Shown here: one piece after another, positions 10,577-19,982 of the stretch
Position numbering within the stretch: position 1 is the first letter of the stretch
Layout of the letters: each line of letters opens with the position of its first letter
Origin: Synechococcus sp.
GTDB taxonomy: Bacteria > Cyanobacteriota > Cyanobacteriia > Thermostichales > PCC-7336
Direction of reading: 5' to 3'
Assembly: GCA_051439425.1 (NCBI GenBank)
Contig: JBFRWD010000075.1
Coordinates: 1 to 64,000, forward strand
DNA: 64,000 bases
Position numbers and translations under genes: made by a program
Notes under the pieces: generated by a model
What the model saw: the letters and a program-made list of their open reading frames with translations, nothing else
Databases searched by the model: none
Told to the model about the DNA's origin: nothing

Positions 10577-12133
10577 ATGCCGAAGGTGTGGCGGTCAATC
10601 TTGAAAATCCTGTACGTTCCATTGGATGAGCGACCCTGTAACTACGACTATCCGCAATACATTGCTCGGTTGCAGCCTCAGTTGCAGTTAGTGGTTCCTC
10701 CCCTCTCGCTATTGGGTCAGAAAAAGCAGGCGGCTGATGTCGATCGCCTCTGGCGGTGGCTGATGGATTCAGTCCAAGGTTGCGACTGCGCCATTTTGTC
10801 GCTGGAAATGTTGGTTTACGGCGGCCTATTGCCCTCGCGGTTGCACCCATTATCGCTTGATGAACTGCACGGACGTTTGCACCACATTCGTGGAATTGCC
10901 AACCTCTGGCCGAGCATCCGCCTGATGGCCAGCAATTTGATTATGAGAGCCCCGCAATACAGCAGTAGTGAAGAAGAACCCGATTACTACCAGACCTATG
11001 GGGAACAGCTGTTTCAGTGGGGATGGTTACACGATCGATCGCAGAGATTGGAGCGTTCGCTAGAAGAACGTTCGGCAAAAGACCAACTGCAGCTGGAGTC
11101 GCTCTCTGCCACAATCCCTCCGCAGCATTTACAGGACTATCGGGAACGTCGTCGCAAAAATTTAGAGGTCAATCTGGCCGCAATTGACTTGGTGGCCGAC
11201 GGTGTCTTGGAGTTTTTGGCAATCCCTCAGGACGATTGTGCAGAGTTTGGGTTTACGGCCAGCGATCGCCGACAAATTTACGACTGCATTGAAGCGCGGG
11301 GCCTACACGATCGCATTCACGTCTATCCCGGTGCCGATGAAGCGGGATGTTCGCTGCTTGCGAGGGCGTACACCCAGCAATTGGATCGAAGCACCAAGAT
11401 TTATCCCCTTTACAGTTCGCATCGCGGATCCCAGGTCATTCCACTCTACGAAGATCGTCCGATTGCCGAAACGACTCAATTGCATATTCGCGCCGCAGGA
11501 GCAGACGTCACGGACTCACTTTCAGACGCCGATCTCGTTTTAGCGGTTCGTGTTCCCGATCGATATTCTCTAGAAGCTAAAGACCAAGTCTTAGAAGAGA
11601 ACACTCAACTTTTGCCACCCGAATTTATCGGACAAATCCAACAGCTATTAGCGAAGGGGAATCCCTTGGCCGTTGCTGACGTGGCGTTCGTGAATGGAGG
11701 AGATACTGCCCTGATCGAACAACTCGATGCCAGCGATTGTTGGGATGCCGTGCTGGCCTACGGAGGCTGGAACACTTGCGGTAATAGTTTGGGCAGCACG
11801 ATTTCTACTGCCATTGTGGGATTGGAGTGTGAGGCACCAGAGGCGATCGCCTTCAATACTATCTATCATTTGCTGGAAGGCTGGGGCTATCAGGCAATTG
11901 TCCGGTGGGAGTTGATGGGCTCTTGGATTGAAGATTTAGGGGCAACCTACTTCGACCTCGATGGCCACAGTGAAGCCGTGGAGGCCGAAATTGGCCGCAG
12001 GCTTGAAGCCGTCTGGGCTTCTAACCTACAGCATTCGTTCCAAAATTGGACTATTGAATCTCTAGACGTTCGGTCTCCGTGGCAGAGGATGTTTGAAATC
12101 GGTATAGCACTGCAGATTGAGCACCTCTCTTAG
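10577..12133 (+). CDS. DUF4127 family protein
   Basis: KILYVPLDERPCN, LVYGGLLPSR, YPGADE, ADVAFVNGGD, YGGWNTCGNSLG, PWQRMFEI; likely start at TTG 10601. Confidence 0.8.
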   Translation: MPKVWRSILKILYVPLDERPCNYDYPQYIARLQPQLQLVVPPLSLLGQKKQAADVDRLWRWLMDSVQGCDCAILSLEMLVYGGLLPSRLHPLSLDELHGRLHHIRGIANLWPSIRLMASNLIMRAPQYSSSEEEPDYYQTYGEQLFQWGWLHDRSQRLERSLEERSAKDQLQLESLSATIPPQHLQDYRERRRKNLEVNLAAIDLVADGVLEFLAIPQDDCAEFGFTASDRRQIYDCIEARGLHDRIHVYPGADEAGCSLLARAYTQQLDRSTKIYPLYSSHRGSQVIPLYEDRPIAETTQLHIRAAGADVTDSLSDADLVLAVRVPDRYSLEAKDQVLEENTQLLPPEFIGQIQQLLAKGNPLAVADVAFVNGGDTALIEQLDASDCWDAVLAYGGWNTCGNSLGSTISTAIVGLECEAPEAIAFNTIYHLLEGWGYQAIVRWELMGSWIEDLGATYFDLDGHSEAVEAEIGRRLEAVWASNLQHSFQNWTIESLDVRSPWQRMFEIGIALQIEHLS

Positions 12134-12337
12134 ACTGAACACTATTGAGAATGCCAACTTGATGTTTACGCTGACCAACTCGCGCTTTCGACCCCTATCT
12201 CAGTCGTTAGCGTTCTGTAGTGGCTTTGTCTTGACTGAATACTCATTCAAAATATTGCGATATTGAAATAGTGGGATGGGCTACTGTCCAGTGCAGAGCC
12301 CCATCTCTGCTTTTGCTAGAAATTGGACTGACTACGT

Positions 12338-14608
12338 ATGTCTTGGTGGAAGAGATTGGTAATAGACACCCGCTCAAATACCGAACCTCCAGCAACGCAG
12401 CCAATCAACACGATAACAACCCTGACTGCACCCACAACTCCCAAGCTCTACAACACATTCGAGGGAGTCTTCAAACCCACATTACTGACGATCCTCGGGG
12501 CCATCATGTATCTCAGGGTGGGCTGGGTAGTCGGCAACGCAGGCCTATTGGGGGGATTGCTCGTTGTCGGACTGGCGATCTCAATCACCTTGGCTACCGG
12601 ATTGTCGATCGCCTCCATTGCGACCAACACTCGCCTCGGAGTCGGCGGCCCCTACGCCACCATTGCCAAATCGCTAGGACTTGAAGTGGGGGCTGCCGTC
12701 GGCATTCCCCTATTTTTGTCCCAATCACTAGCCGTCACCCTCTATATCTTTGGTTTTCGCGAAGGCTGGCACTACATCTATCCCAATCACCCTGCCATTC
12801 TTGTCGACCTCGGGGTTTTCGCGGCCGTCTCCGTCGTTGCCTTCATCAGCGCAGGGTTGGCGTTTCGCTTGCAATACGCGGTCATGGTGGCGATCGCCGC
12901 TTCCCTCGTCGCTATCTTTGGCAGCTACTTCACCTTCGACACCTCCATCCCCGTTTGGTGGGGCAGCTTTCCCGGAAGTCCGGAAACCGGATTTCAAGGC
13001 ACCACGTTTTGGGGAATATTCGCTGTATTCTTTCCGGCAGTCACCGGCATCTTATCAGGAGTTAACTTATCGGGGGAGTTAGAAAATAGCCGTCGCAGCA
13101 TACCCGTCGGCACGCTTGGGGCAATCGCCGTCAGCTCTGCAATCTACGTTGCCATGTGCTGCTGGATGGCCCAAGCCGGAAGCCCCAATCGACTGGTGGA
13201 AGACTACACCATCGCGATCGATCGCTCCCTCTGGCCTCCAGCGGTGCTGCTCGGATTGCTGGCTGCCACTTTTTCGGCGGCACTGTCATCGCTGGTGGGA
13301 GCCCCCCGCATCCTGTTGGCCCTGAGTCGAGATCGCGCTATCCCCGGTTATCGTTGGTTATCCGAAATCTCCCGCAATGGTGAACCCCGACGCTCGCTGG
13401 CGGTGGCGGGTGCAATTGCATTTCTGGCATTGCTTTTACGGGATTTAAACGCGATTGCCCCGTTTATTACGCTGTTCTTCCTGATAACCTACGCCACTGT
13501 TAATTTTGTGGTGCTGCTTGAAACCTGCTTGGGATTGATGAACTTTCGACCCACATTGCGGTTACCCGTCGTGGTGCCGCTGTTTGGGGTGGTGGGCTGC
13601 TTTGTGGCCATGCTGGCGATCGATGTGGGGCTGAGTTTAGTGGCCTTATCCGTCGCCATTGCTATCTCATTGCGGCTAGCAACCCGCACCCCCATTCGGC
13701 GGACGGGAGGGGCTCGCAGTGGTTTGTTTGAGGCGATCGCTCAATGGGCTGCTACCAAAACAATGGAGCTGGAAGTTGCCAGTTCTCGAGCCTGGAAGCC
13801 GACAATGCTAGTTCCAGTCGAAGACCGTTCGCAACTGTTGGGGGAATACCGCTTGTTGCTCGATCTCTCTCAACCTGAAGGAGGCATCAACCTTTTGGGG
13901 CTGGCGACCCAGTCTTGCGTTGATGAACTTTCGCCACGCATCGCCGATCTCAGCGCGTCCCTGCGGCGACGGGGAATTTTCACTACGTTCTCCGTCGTTG
14001 CCACCAGTACACCCGCCACGGGCATGTTGGGGGCAATGCAGTCGTTGCAAAGTGCTTTTTTCCGTCCCAACGTTTTATTCTTGCGCAGCCCGAACGAACG
14101 AACGAGGTGGGAGGAAATGTTACCGGTAGTGGCCGAGGCCCGTCGTCTCAAAATGGGAGTAGTTTTGCTGGGCTTGCATTCAGTCGCTGGACTCGGCCGA
14201 GCGGAGATCGTCAACCTGTGGATACGGCCACAATCAGAAACATTGCCACTATCAGAGCGACTTCAGAAAGGCAGTAGCAATCTTGGGATTTTGATGGCGC
14301 TACGGCTAACGCGAGCCTGGAATGCCCAGCTTAATCTGATTGCAGCGGTGTCTGACGATTGCGACCCCAAAGAAGCTAGACATTATATGGAGGAATTACG
14401 CGATTACTGCCGCGTTCCCATCCAGGCCCGCACGATTGTGATGGCGGGCAGTTTTGAGGACTGTCTATCGAAAGCTCCTCAATCGGATATGGACTTTATG
14501 GGATTGCAAACGGTGCCGGATTTCGAGTTCGTCCAAAAAGCGCTATCTCTGACAGGCTCTTCCTGCATTTTTACCAGTGATTCGGGCATAGAAAGTGCTT
14601 TAGCTTAG
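12338..14608 (+). CDS. Cation-chloride cotransporter (SLC12-like)/APC-family permease with cytoplasmic C-terminal domain
   Basis: GVFKPTLLTILGAIMYLRVGW, SIASIATN, GGPY, FFPAVTGILSGVNLSGEL, SIPVGTL, APRILLAL, LNAIAP, WKP. Confidence 0.85.
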   Translation: MSWWKRLVIDTRSNTEPPATQPINTITTLTAPTTPKLYNTFEGVFKPTLLTILGAIMYLRVGWVVGNAGLLGGLLVVGLAISITLATGLSIASIATNTRLGVGGPYATIAKSLGLEVGAAVGIPLFLSQSLAVTLYIFGFREGWHYIYPNHPAILVDLGVFAAVSVVAFISAGLAFRLQYAVMVAIAASLVAIFGSYFTFDTSIPVWWGSFPGSPETGFQGTTFWGIFAVFFPAVTGILSGVNLSGELENSRRSIPVGTLGAIAVSSAIYVAMCCWMAQAGSPNRLVEDYTIAIDRSLWPPAVLLGLLAATFSAALSSLVGAPRILLALSRDRAIPGYRWLSEISRNGEPRRSLAVAGAIAFLALLLRDLNAIAPFITLFFLITYATVNFVVLLETCLGLMNFRPTLRLPVVVPLFGVVGCFVAMLAIDVGLSLVALSVAIAISLRLATRTPIRRTGGARSGLFEAIAQWAATKTMELEVASSRAWKPTMLVPVEDRSQLLGEYRLLLDLSQPEGGINLLGLATQSCVDELSPRIADLSASLRRRGIFTTFSVVATSTPATGMLGAMQSLQSAFFRPNVLFLRSPNERTRWEEMLPVVAEARRLKMGVVLLGLHSVAGLGRAEIVNLWIRPQSETLPLSERLQKGSSNLGILMALRLTRAWNAQLNLIAAVSDDCDPKEARHYMEELRDYCRVPIQARTIVMAGSFEDCLSKAPQSDMDFMGLQTVPDFEFVQKALSLTGSSCIFTSDSGIESALA

Positions 14609-14968
14609 GGCTGGCTTTTCTCGTATTGAATTAAGAGCCCAACGGAAGATGGCGGATTGGGTATTGAGTAACTGATAAGCACACCTGCACCCGACCCGAC
14701 TCTGCGTTTTAGTGATCGCGTCGAACACTACATCCGCTATCGTCTCAACGATTCTTGAGCCGTCCTCAACATCGTGCACTAAACAACCAACCTCACCCCC
14801 TCCGCGATCTCAGACATCGGCTTCAGCACTTACTTCTGCTTCGGCACCTACTTCTACTGCTAAGGCTCTACAGCGTGAAGGTTTTTGCAGTCTCGCGCCA
14901 GACGATCGCGCACACCGGTAAGATACTGCAGGTATTACAAGACCCAGACTTTAAAGATCCATACAGTA

Positions 14969-15292
14969 ATGAGCCAGACCTACTACTACCTTGCAGCTAG
15001 CAAAGCCTTCTTCGATTCGGAACCTTTTGATGAGGTACTGGCCGAGCGTCGACGCAACTATGCCGAGCGCAACAAGCCGATTGACTTTGAATACATCGAA
15101 AATCCAGCCTTCCTGCAGGCCCCTGAGTTCGCCGATCTACGTGGCAAACTCGATGCTCCTGCCGCTGCATTGGTGTCGACCGATCCGAAGCTCGTGCGCT
15201 GGTTGAAATTGCGGTTAGAATTCGTCGAAATGGGTGAGTTTGCTGCCCCCAGCGACACCATCCCCGATGCTATGGCTGCCCAGCCGGAGTAG
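14969..15292 (+). CDS. ycf54: Ycf54, auxiliary protein of the Mg-protoporphyrin monomethyl ester cyclase
   Basis: TYYYLAASKAF, EPFDEVLAERRRNY, PAFL, AALVSTD, WLKLRLEFV. Confidence 0.92.
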   Translation: MSQTYYYLAASKAFFDSEPFDEVLAERRRNYAERNKPIDFEYIENPAFLQAPEFADLRGKLDAPAAALVSTDPKLVRWLKLRLEFVEMGEFAAPSDTIPDAMAAQPE

Positions 15293-15297
15293 ATGCT

Positions 15298-15867
15298 TTG
15301 GGCTATACCTGCCCCCGCTGCCACGATACGTTTCTGTTCCAACCCGACCAATGCCCCACCTGCGCTGCTGACAGTTCTCGCAAGCAGCGTAGCAGTCGTG
15401 CGCGCGAGCGACGAGCCAGTTACGACACGCAGGGCAAGATTTCTGAATCGGAGTTCTGGCAACTGTTAAGGCTATATCCTTGCTGTCCGAGTTGTGGGGA
15501 ACCGTGGGAGCGGACAGAGGGGGCAATCGCCCGCGACCACATTATTCCCATTAGCCGAGGGGGCCCCAATACGTCTGCCAATATTCAACCGTTGTGCCAG
15601 ACTTGCAACTTATGGAAGTCCGATCGTCTGATTTACTTCGATCGCGCTCTTCCCGGTCGCGTGACTGCCTTACCTGCTGTGCTGCGGCCAATTTTTGCAG
15701 CGATTGACGACTATCAGCCGCAAACCAACCAACAGCAGCTTTCGTTTATCTCTCAGTCGGATGAAGTGGCCTATCCTAATGCCACACCGGAAGCATTAGA
15801 GCGGCAGACTATTTCACAAACTTGGCAGGCGATCGAAGCTGAGAGGCCAACGACATACCGCCTTTAA
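15298..15867 (+). CDS. HNH endonuclease with N-terminal Zn-ribbon
   Basis: CPRC...CPTC; CPSC...DHIIPISRGGPNTSANIQPLCQTCN. Confidence 0.85.
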   Translation: MGYTCPRCHDTFLFQPDQCPTCAADSSRKQRSSRARERRASYDTQGKISESEFWQLLRLYPCCPSCGEPWERTEGAIARDHIIPISRGGPNTSANIQPLCQTCNLWKSDRLIYFDRALPGRVTALPAVLRPIFAAIDDYQPQTNQQQLSFISQSDEVAYPNATPEALERQTISQTWQAIEAERPTTYRL

Positions 15868-16042
15868 TGGGTGTTTCAACAGCTTGTAGACAAATTCTAA
15901 GTAACGTAGCGAAATATCAAAATCAGACAGTCATGCCCTAGGGGGGCATGTCCGCAGCCTGGATCTTGTGTCACTATCGCCTGTAACTCTTGCCCAATAA
16001 CTGTTCTGGATGATTTAGAGGAATTAAGAGACAAGGGGGATT

Positions 16043-16651
16043 ATGACGAGAAGGTGGCTGGTGAACATTTGCCATTGGACATACAACTCGCTGTGCGGAC
16101 TGAGTTTGGGGGTCGGGATATTTGCCATATCCCCAGCTTCATGGGCTCATGGTGTTAACGTCACTCACGATGCCGGTGAAGCCGTGAGAGTGCAGGCGTC
16201 GTATGACTCCGGCGAGCCGATGGCTGCGGCGCAGGTATCGGTATTTGCTCCGGGCAATGTGGAGACGCCGTGGATAACCGGCACCACCGATCCGACTGGA
16301 AATTTCGCCTTCGTGCCCGATTTCACACAAACGGGTCGCTGGGAAGTGCAAGTGCGCTTGGCCGGTCACGGGGATATCGTGTACGTGCCAGTCGAAGACG
16401 TCTCCACTGCCGCAGAACTATCGAGCAATGCATCTCAGAACACAGAAGAATCAGAATCATTAGCGCCTCCAGCGACTCGATCTCCGTCGCGAGCCGTTGC
16501 ATCCCCTCCGCGATCGCCTGTAGGTCTATCCATTGGTCAAAAGCTTGTGATGGGAGCCGTGTTTTCCTGGGGATGTGTGGGCACCGCACTGTATGTCAAG
16601 CGGAAGACTATCAAGCCGAGTAACCCTGCCAAACAAGGGGGCCTTCTCTAA
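16043..16651 (+). CDS. Exported accessory subunit of a Ni/Co ECF transporter (CbiL/NikL-like)
   Basis: Signal ending ASWA-HG, YDSGEPMAAAQVSVFAP, GTTD, GHG, C-terminal TM; stop overlaps cbiM start (TAATG). Confidence 0.7.
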   Translation: MTRRWLVNICHWTYNSLCGLSLGVGIFAISPASWAHGVNVTHDAGEAVRVQASYDSGEPMAAAQVSVFAPGNVETPWITGTTDPTGNFAFVPDFTQTGRWEVQVRLAGHGDIVYVPVEDVSTAAELSSNASQNTEESESLAPPATRSPSRAVASPPRSPVGLSIGQKLVMGAVFSWGCVGTALYVKRKTIKPSNPAKQGGLL

Positions 16652-17385
16652 TGCATATCCCCGATGGTTTCTTGCCGACGCCACTGTGGTTGGGAGGCTA
16701 CGCCATTTCAGGGACCGCTCTGTGGTTTTCCCTGCGTCAGATCGATCGCCTACCCAATCCGCAAGCAGGCGTGCCGAAAGCTTCTCTACTAACCGCAGCC
16801 TTTTTTGTAGCCTCCTGGATTCATATCCCGGTTCCGGTTCCAGGCGCTAGCGTCCATCTAATGCTGAATGGATTGTTGGGGGTATTGTTGGGGCCATTTG
16901 CCTTTCCGGCTATTGCCATCGGATTGTTTTTTCAAGCGGTTCTGTTTCAACACGGTGGACTCTCCACGTTAGGGGTTAATGCTGCAGTGTTGGGAATTCC
17001 GGCCATGCTGGCATCGCAGCTCTATCGATTGAGATGGCGGTTGTCTTCAACTCATAATTCTTCAACTCATAATTCTTCAACGCATAAATCTTTAACGCAT
17101 AAGTCTTCAACACATCTGGATTCAAATAAATGGATGTCGGAGCGGTGGGTGACCGGTGCCTTTGCTGCAGTGGCTGGCGCGGGAGGTTTGTTGCTATCGG
17201 CAGTCGTGTTTTGCGCGCTGTTAATCGCTGTCATTCCAGCCTCGTTTGACGTACAGGCCGAGCGAATAGCGATCGCCTCCTTGACTGTGGCTCACCTGCC
17301 GCTAGCCCTGCTGGAAGGCGCCATGACGGCAGCTGTTGTGCTGTTTTTGGAGCGGGTCAAGCCTACTTTGCTGCAACAGCTATGA
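16651..17385 (+). CDS. cbiM: CbiM/NikM substrate-binding component of a Co/Ni ECF transporter
   Basis: N-terminal MHIPDGFL, SVHLMLNGLLG, HGGLSTLGVN, LEG. Confidence 0.92.
   Translation: MHIPDGFLPTPLWLGGYAISGTALWFSLRQIDRLPNPQAGVPKASLLTAAFFVASWIHIPVPVPGASVHLMLNGLLGVLLGPFAFPAIAIGLFFQAVLFQHGGLSTLGVNAAVLGIPAMLASQLYRLRWRLSSTHNSSTHNSSTHKSLTHKSSTHLDSNKWMSERWVTGAFAAVAGAGGLLLSAVVFCALLIAVIPASFDVQAERIAIASLTVAHLPLALLEGAMTAAVVLFLERVKPTLLQQL
17044..17115 (+). repeat. 15-bp tandem repeat (TCTTCAACTCATAAT-like, about 4.8 copies) inside cbiM, encoding SSTHN/SSTHK
   Basis: Read directly from the sequence. Confidence 0.9.
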
Positions 17386-17423
17386 GCCGGGTTTAACTAG
17401 ACTGGCACTAACAGGGGTCTGGA

Positions 17424-18206
17424 ATGAAATCAATTGCGATCGATACCTACAGTCATTTGGACTCCCCCCTGCACCGGTGGGATGCGCGCGCCAAGTTGAT
17501 TGGGTTGTTTGCCATCATGCTGGCCTTTGCCAGTATTCAGCAGTTGGTGTTGTTGCCGCTGCTGATGCTGCTCAGCGGTTTGGCGTATTGGCTGTCAAAG
17601 TTGCCCTATCACTTCTGGCGCGATCGCTTGCGCTGGCCGGGTCGCTTGCTATTTATGCTGGCGCTGGTGTTGCCATTTGCAGGGGGACAGGTGGAGTGGC
17701 TGCGATTGGGGCCGATTGCTATTTACCAAGATGGGGTAATGACCTTATTGCAGGTAACGACTCGCGCCATCTCGATTCTGACAGTAGGGTTAGTGTTGTT
17801 CGGAACCACTCCATTCCCCACTCTGATCTCTGCGACGCGATCGTTGGGGCTTCCCGCCATCTTGGCTGACATGGGGTTGCTCACCTACCGCTACCTCTAC
17901 GACTTGGGCAGCACCCTCGACACCATGCAAACCGCCCTCCGTTTGAGAGGACTGCGGATAACTCGACTGCAGCGGTCTCAGGTTCCAGTGGTGGCATCGC
18001 TAATCGGGTCTTTATTAGTGCGCAGTTACGACCAATCCGAGCGCATTTACTGTGCAATGCGGCTGCGGGGGTATGGCGATATTCCTCAACCCCAAACTCG
18101 CCTCTGGCCCTCACGCCGTCACCTATGGGGAACGGGAATAGCGCTAGCGATCGCGCTCGGCTTGCTATCCGCTGAGGGGGGGTGGAGCCTGCTGCCGCTG
18201 ACGTGA
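17424..18206 (+). CDS. cbiQ: CbiQ ECF transmembrane component
   Basis: SPLHRWDARAKL, LTYRYL, ALRLRG, LLVRSYDQSERIYCAMRLRGY. Confidence 0.9.
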   Translation: MKSIAIDTYSHLDSPLHRWDARAKLIGLFAIMLAFASIQQLVLLPLLMLLSGLAYWLSKLPYHFWRDRLRWPGRLLFMLALVLPFAGGQVEWLRLGPIAIYQDGVMTLLQVTTRAISILTVGLVLFGTTPFPTLISATRSLGLPAILADMGLLTYRYLYDLGSTLDTMQTALRLRGLRITRLQRSQVPVVASLIGSLLVRSYDQSERIYCAMRLRGYGDIPQPQTRLWPSRRHLWGTGIALAIALGLLSAEGGWSLLPLT

Positions 18207-18291
18207 CAGCCGTGCATTTTTCAGGCTGGCCGAACTCGCTCAACGAACCCCTTCCTTATCCGCGTGCCCTCTCTTCTCCATCCTCTGTCCT

Positions 18292-19185
18292 TTGCCTTTG
18301 CTTGCCATGACCGCCCTTTCTCCTCGTCCCCAATCCGATCTCGCCCAGTCTGCCCATGACATTACTTTGTCTGAGGTTGTTGCCGGCCTGGATAGTCGAG
18401 GGGCTCGCCCGATCGCCCTTTCGGTGCGGGATGTGTGTTTTGACTATGACGCAGGTGCGGGGATTAATAAAACTCCTGTTCTTCAGCATTTAGATTTGAC
18501 GGTATATGCTGGCGATCGCGTCGGCGTCATTGGCTGCAATGGAGTGGGCAAGACGACGCTATTTCACTCTATTTGCGGAGTGCTGACACCTGCATCCGGA
18601 GACATTGAGTTATTCGAGCGGCTCGTGCAGCCCGGTCATTTTTTGCCAGATGTGGGGCTAGTGTTTCAAGATCCGAACGATCAGCTTTTTTCCTCGCGAG
18701 TGTGGGATGACATTGCCTTTGGGCCGCAAAATATGGGGCTGACTGATGATGACGTTCATCGCAGGGTAGAGCAGGCAATGCAGGTGACGGGGACGCAGTC
18801 GCTGGCCGATCGCCCTCCCCACCAACTGTCGGGGGGGCAGAAGCGAATGGTGGCGATCGCGAGCATTTTGGCCATGCAGCCCAAGTTGACCATTTTTGAT
18901 GAACCCAGCGCTAACTTAGACTGCCGCTCTCGTCGCCGCTTGATTCATTTCTTACAAGAGATGTCTCACACGATTCTGTTGGCGTCTCACGACCTCGAAT
19001 TAGTGCTGGAGGTATGCGATCGGGTGGTGATTTTGGATGGCGGACAGGTGGTGGCTGATGGTCCTGTTCGGCAGGTGATGGCCAATCGCGACATCATGGA
19101 GTATCACGGCCTGGAATGCCCGCACTCGTTGACCCACACCCACACATATCCTGCGCAGAACGCTTCGCAAAATGCCGTACACTGA
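18292..19185 (+). CDS. cbiO: CbiO ECF ATPase
   Basis: Walker A GCNGVGKTT, VFQDPNDQLF, LSGGQ, DEPSANLD, SHD; His-containing tail; start uncertain. Confidence 0.9.
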   Translation: MPLLAMTALSPRPQSDLAQSAHDITLSEVVAGLDSRGARPIALSVRDVCFDYDAGAGINKTPVLQHLDLTVYAGDRVGVIGCNGVGKTTLFHSICGVLTPASGDIELFERLVQPGHFLPDVGLVFQDPNDQLFSSRVWDDIAFGPQNMGLTDDDVHRRVEQAMQVTGTQSLADRPPHQLSGGQKRMVAIASILAMQPKLTIFDEPSANLDCRSRRRLIHFLQEMSHTILLASHDLELVLEVCDRVVILDGGQVVADGPVRQVMANRDIMEYHGLECPHSLTHTHTYPAQNASQNAVH

Positions 19186-19215
19186 ATTCGTCTGACGCAT
19201 CGGTTTAATACATCT

Positions 19216-19305
19216 ATGGATATCGTTACCCTCGGCTGGGCTGCCGTTCTAGCATTTTTTGTGTTCTCCATTTCCTTCGTTGTGTGGGGGCGCGGCGGCA
19301 TGTAA
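19216..19305 (+). CDS. petN: Cytochrome b6f subunit PetN ([29 protein letters not shown])
   Basis: Hand-translated 29-aa ORF matching the PetN pattern MDIxxLGW...SxxxVVWGRxG. Confidence 0.93.
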   Translation: MDIVTLGWAAVLAFFVFSISFVVWGRGGM

Positions 19306-19567
19306 TGCCCCCTGCTTGTCGTTGCCCGATTGAGTTGCGGTCTACATCAGTGCTTGCAGTACTGGCGGCACTCCGAGCCACCTGACTCGGGCACATCTTA
19401 ATTGGGGCTAGATGCCACGTTTGGCATGACCAACATGACCAGCGTCATGAATCCGCGATCGCTTAATCCCCAGATTGCAATTATCTAATCCCAGATTTCA
19501 ATCTTCTATTTCTGAAGTTGAGGATCGGTCCTGGTGACGATCGAGCCCCACTGTTGAGGACGAGCAC

Positions 19568-19723
19568 ATGTTTCTTGAATCCACCTCTGCGCTGGTACAG
19601 CAGTTTGCCTTTGGCCTACTGATTTTATTGTTGGGTGGAGTGACGCTGGGTGTGGGATACCTGACAGTATCTGACTGGCGCGATCGCAAGCGCCGTAAAC
19701 AGTCGTCCCCTTCGCGGAAGTAA
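19568..19723 (+). CDS. 51-aa single-TM protein with a YLTxxxWRDR motif
   Basis: MFLESTSALVQQFAFGLLILLLGGVTLGVGYLTVSDWRDRKRRKQSSPSRK; TM helix plus basic tail; resembles a small conserved cyanobacterial protein (from recall). Confidence 0.7.
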   Translation: MFLESTSALVQQFAFGLLILLLGGVTLGVGYLTVSDWRDRKRRKQSSPSRK

Positions 19724-19982
19724 AGGTTTGCGGACATAAGGTTTGTTGTTCCCCGATTCGCGTCCCCCATTTGGTGGGAAATGCTGAGTCCATTGGCTTA
19801 AATGTTTTACTCGGATTTGTGTCGATTTCAGTTTGAGAGTTGCGTTCGAGCGGCTGTAGTTTAGGCAGGGGAAAGGCTTGGAGCTCTGTCGATACCTTGG
19901 CTGCAAAATGTCACTCTCTGATACGATCTGGGTGATGCTGTTTTAAGTTATGCAAACAGTCAAACGCTGCGAGGTATAGCGG

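Noticed and set aside
14712..14921. 69-aa S/T-rich ORF upstream of ycf54
   Set aside because: Low complexity, partly made of an 18-bp duplication, and no RBS or recognisable family
15870..16040. Cobalamin or NiCo riboswitch upstream of the cbi operon
   Set aside because: Only one hairpin (CATGCCC/GGGCATG); no B12-box or GCCACTG motif and no multi-stem junction
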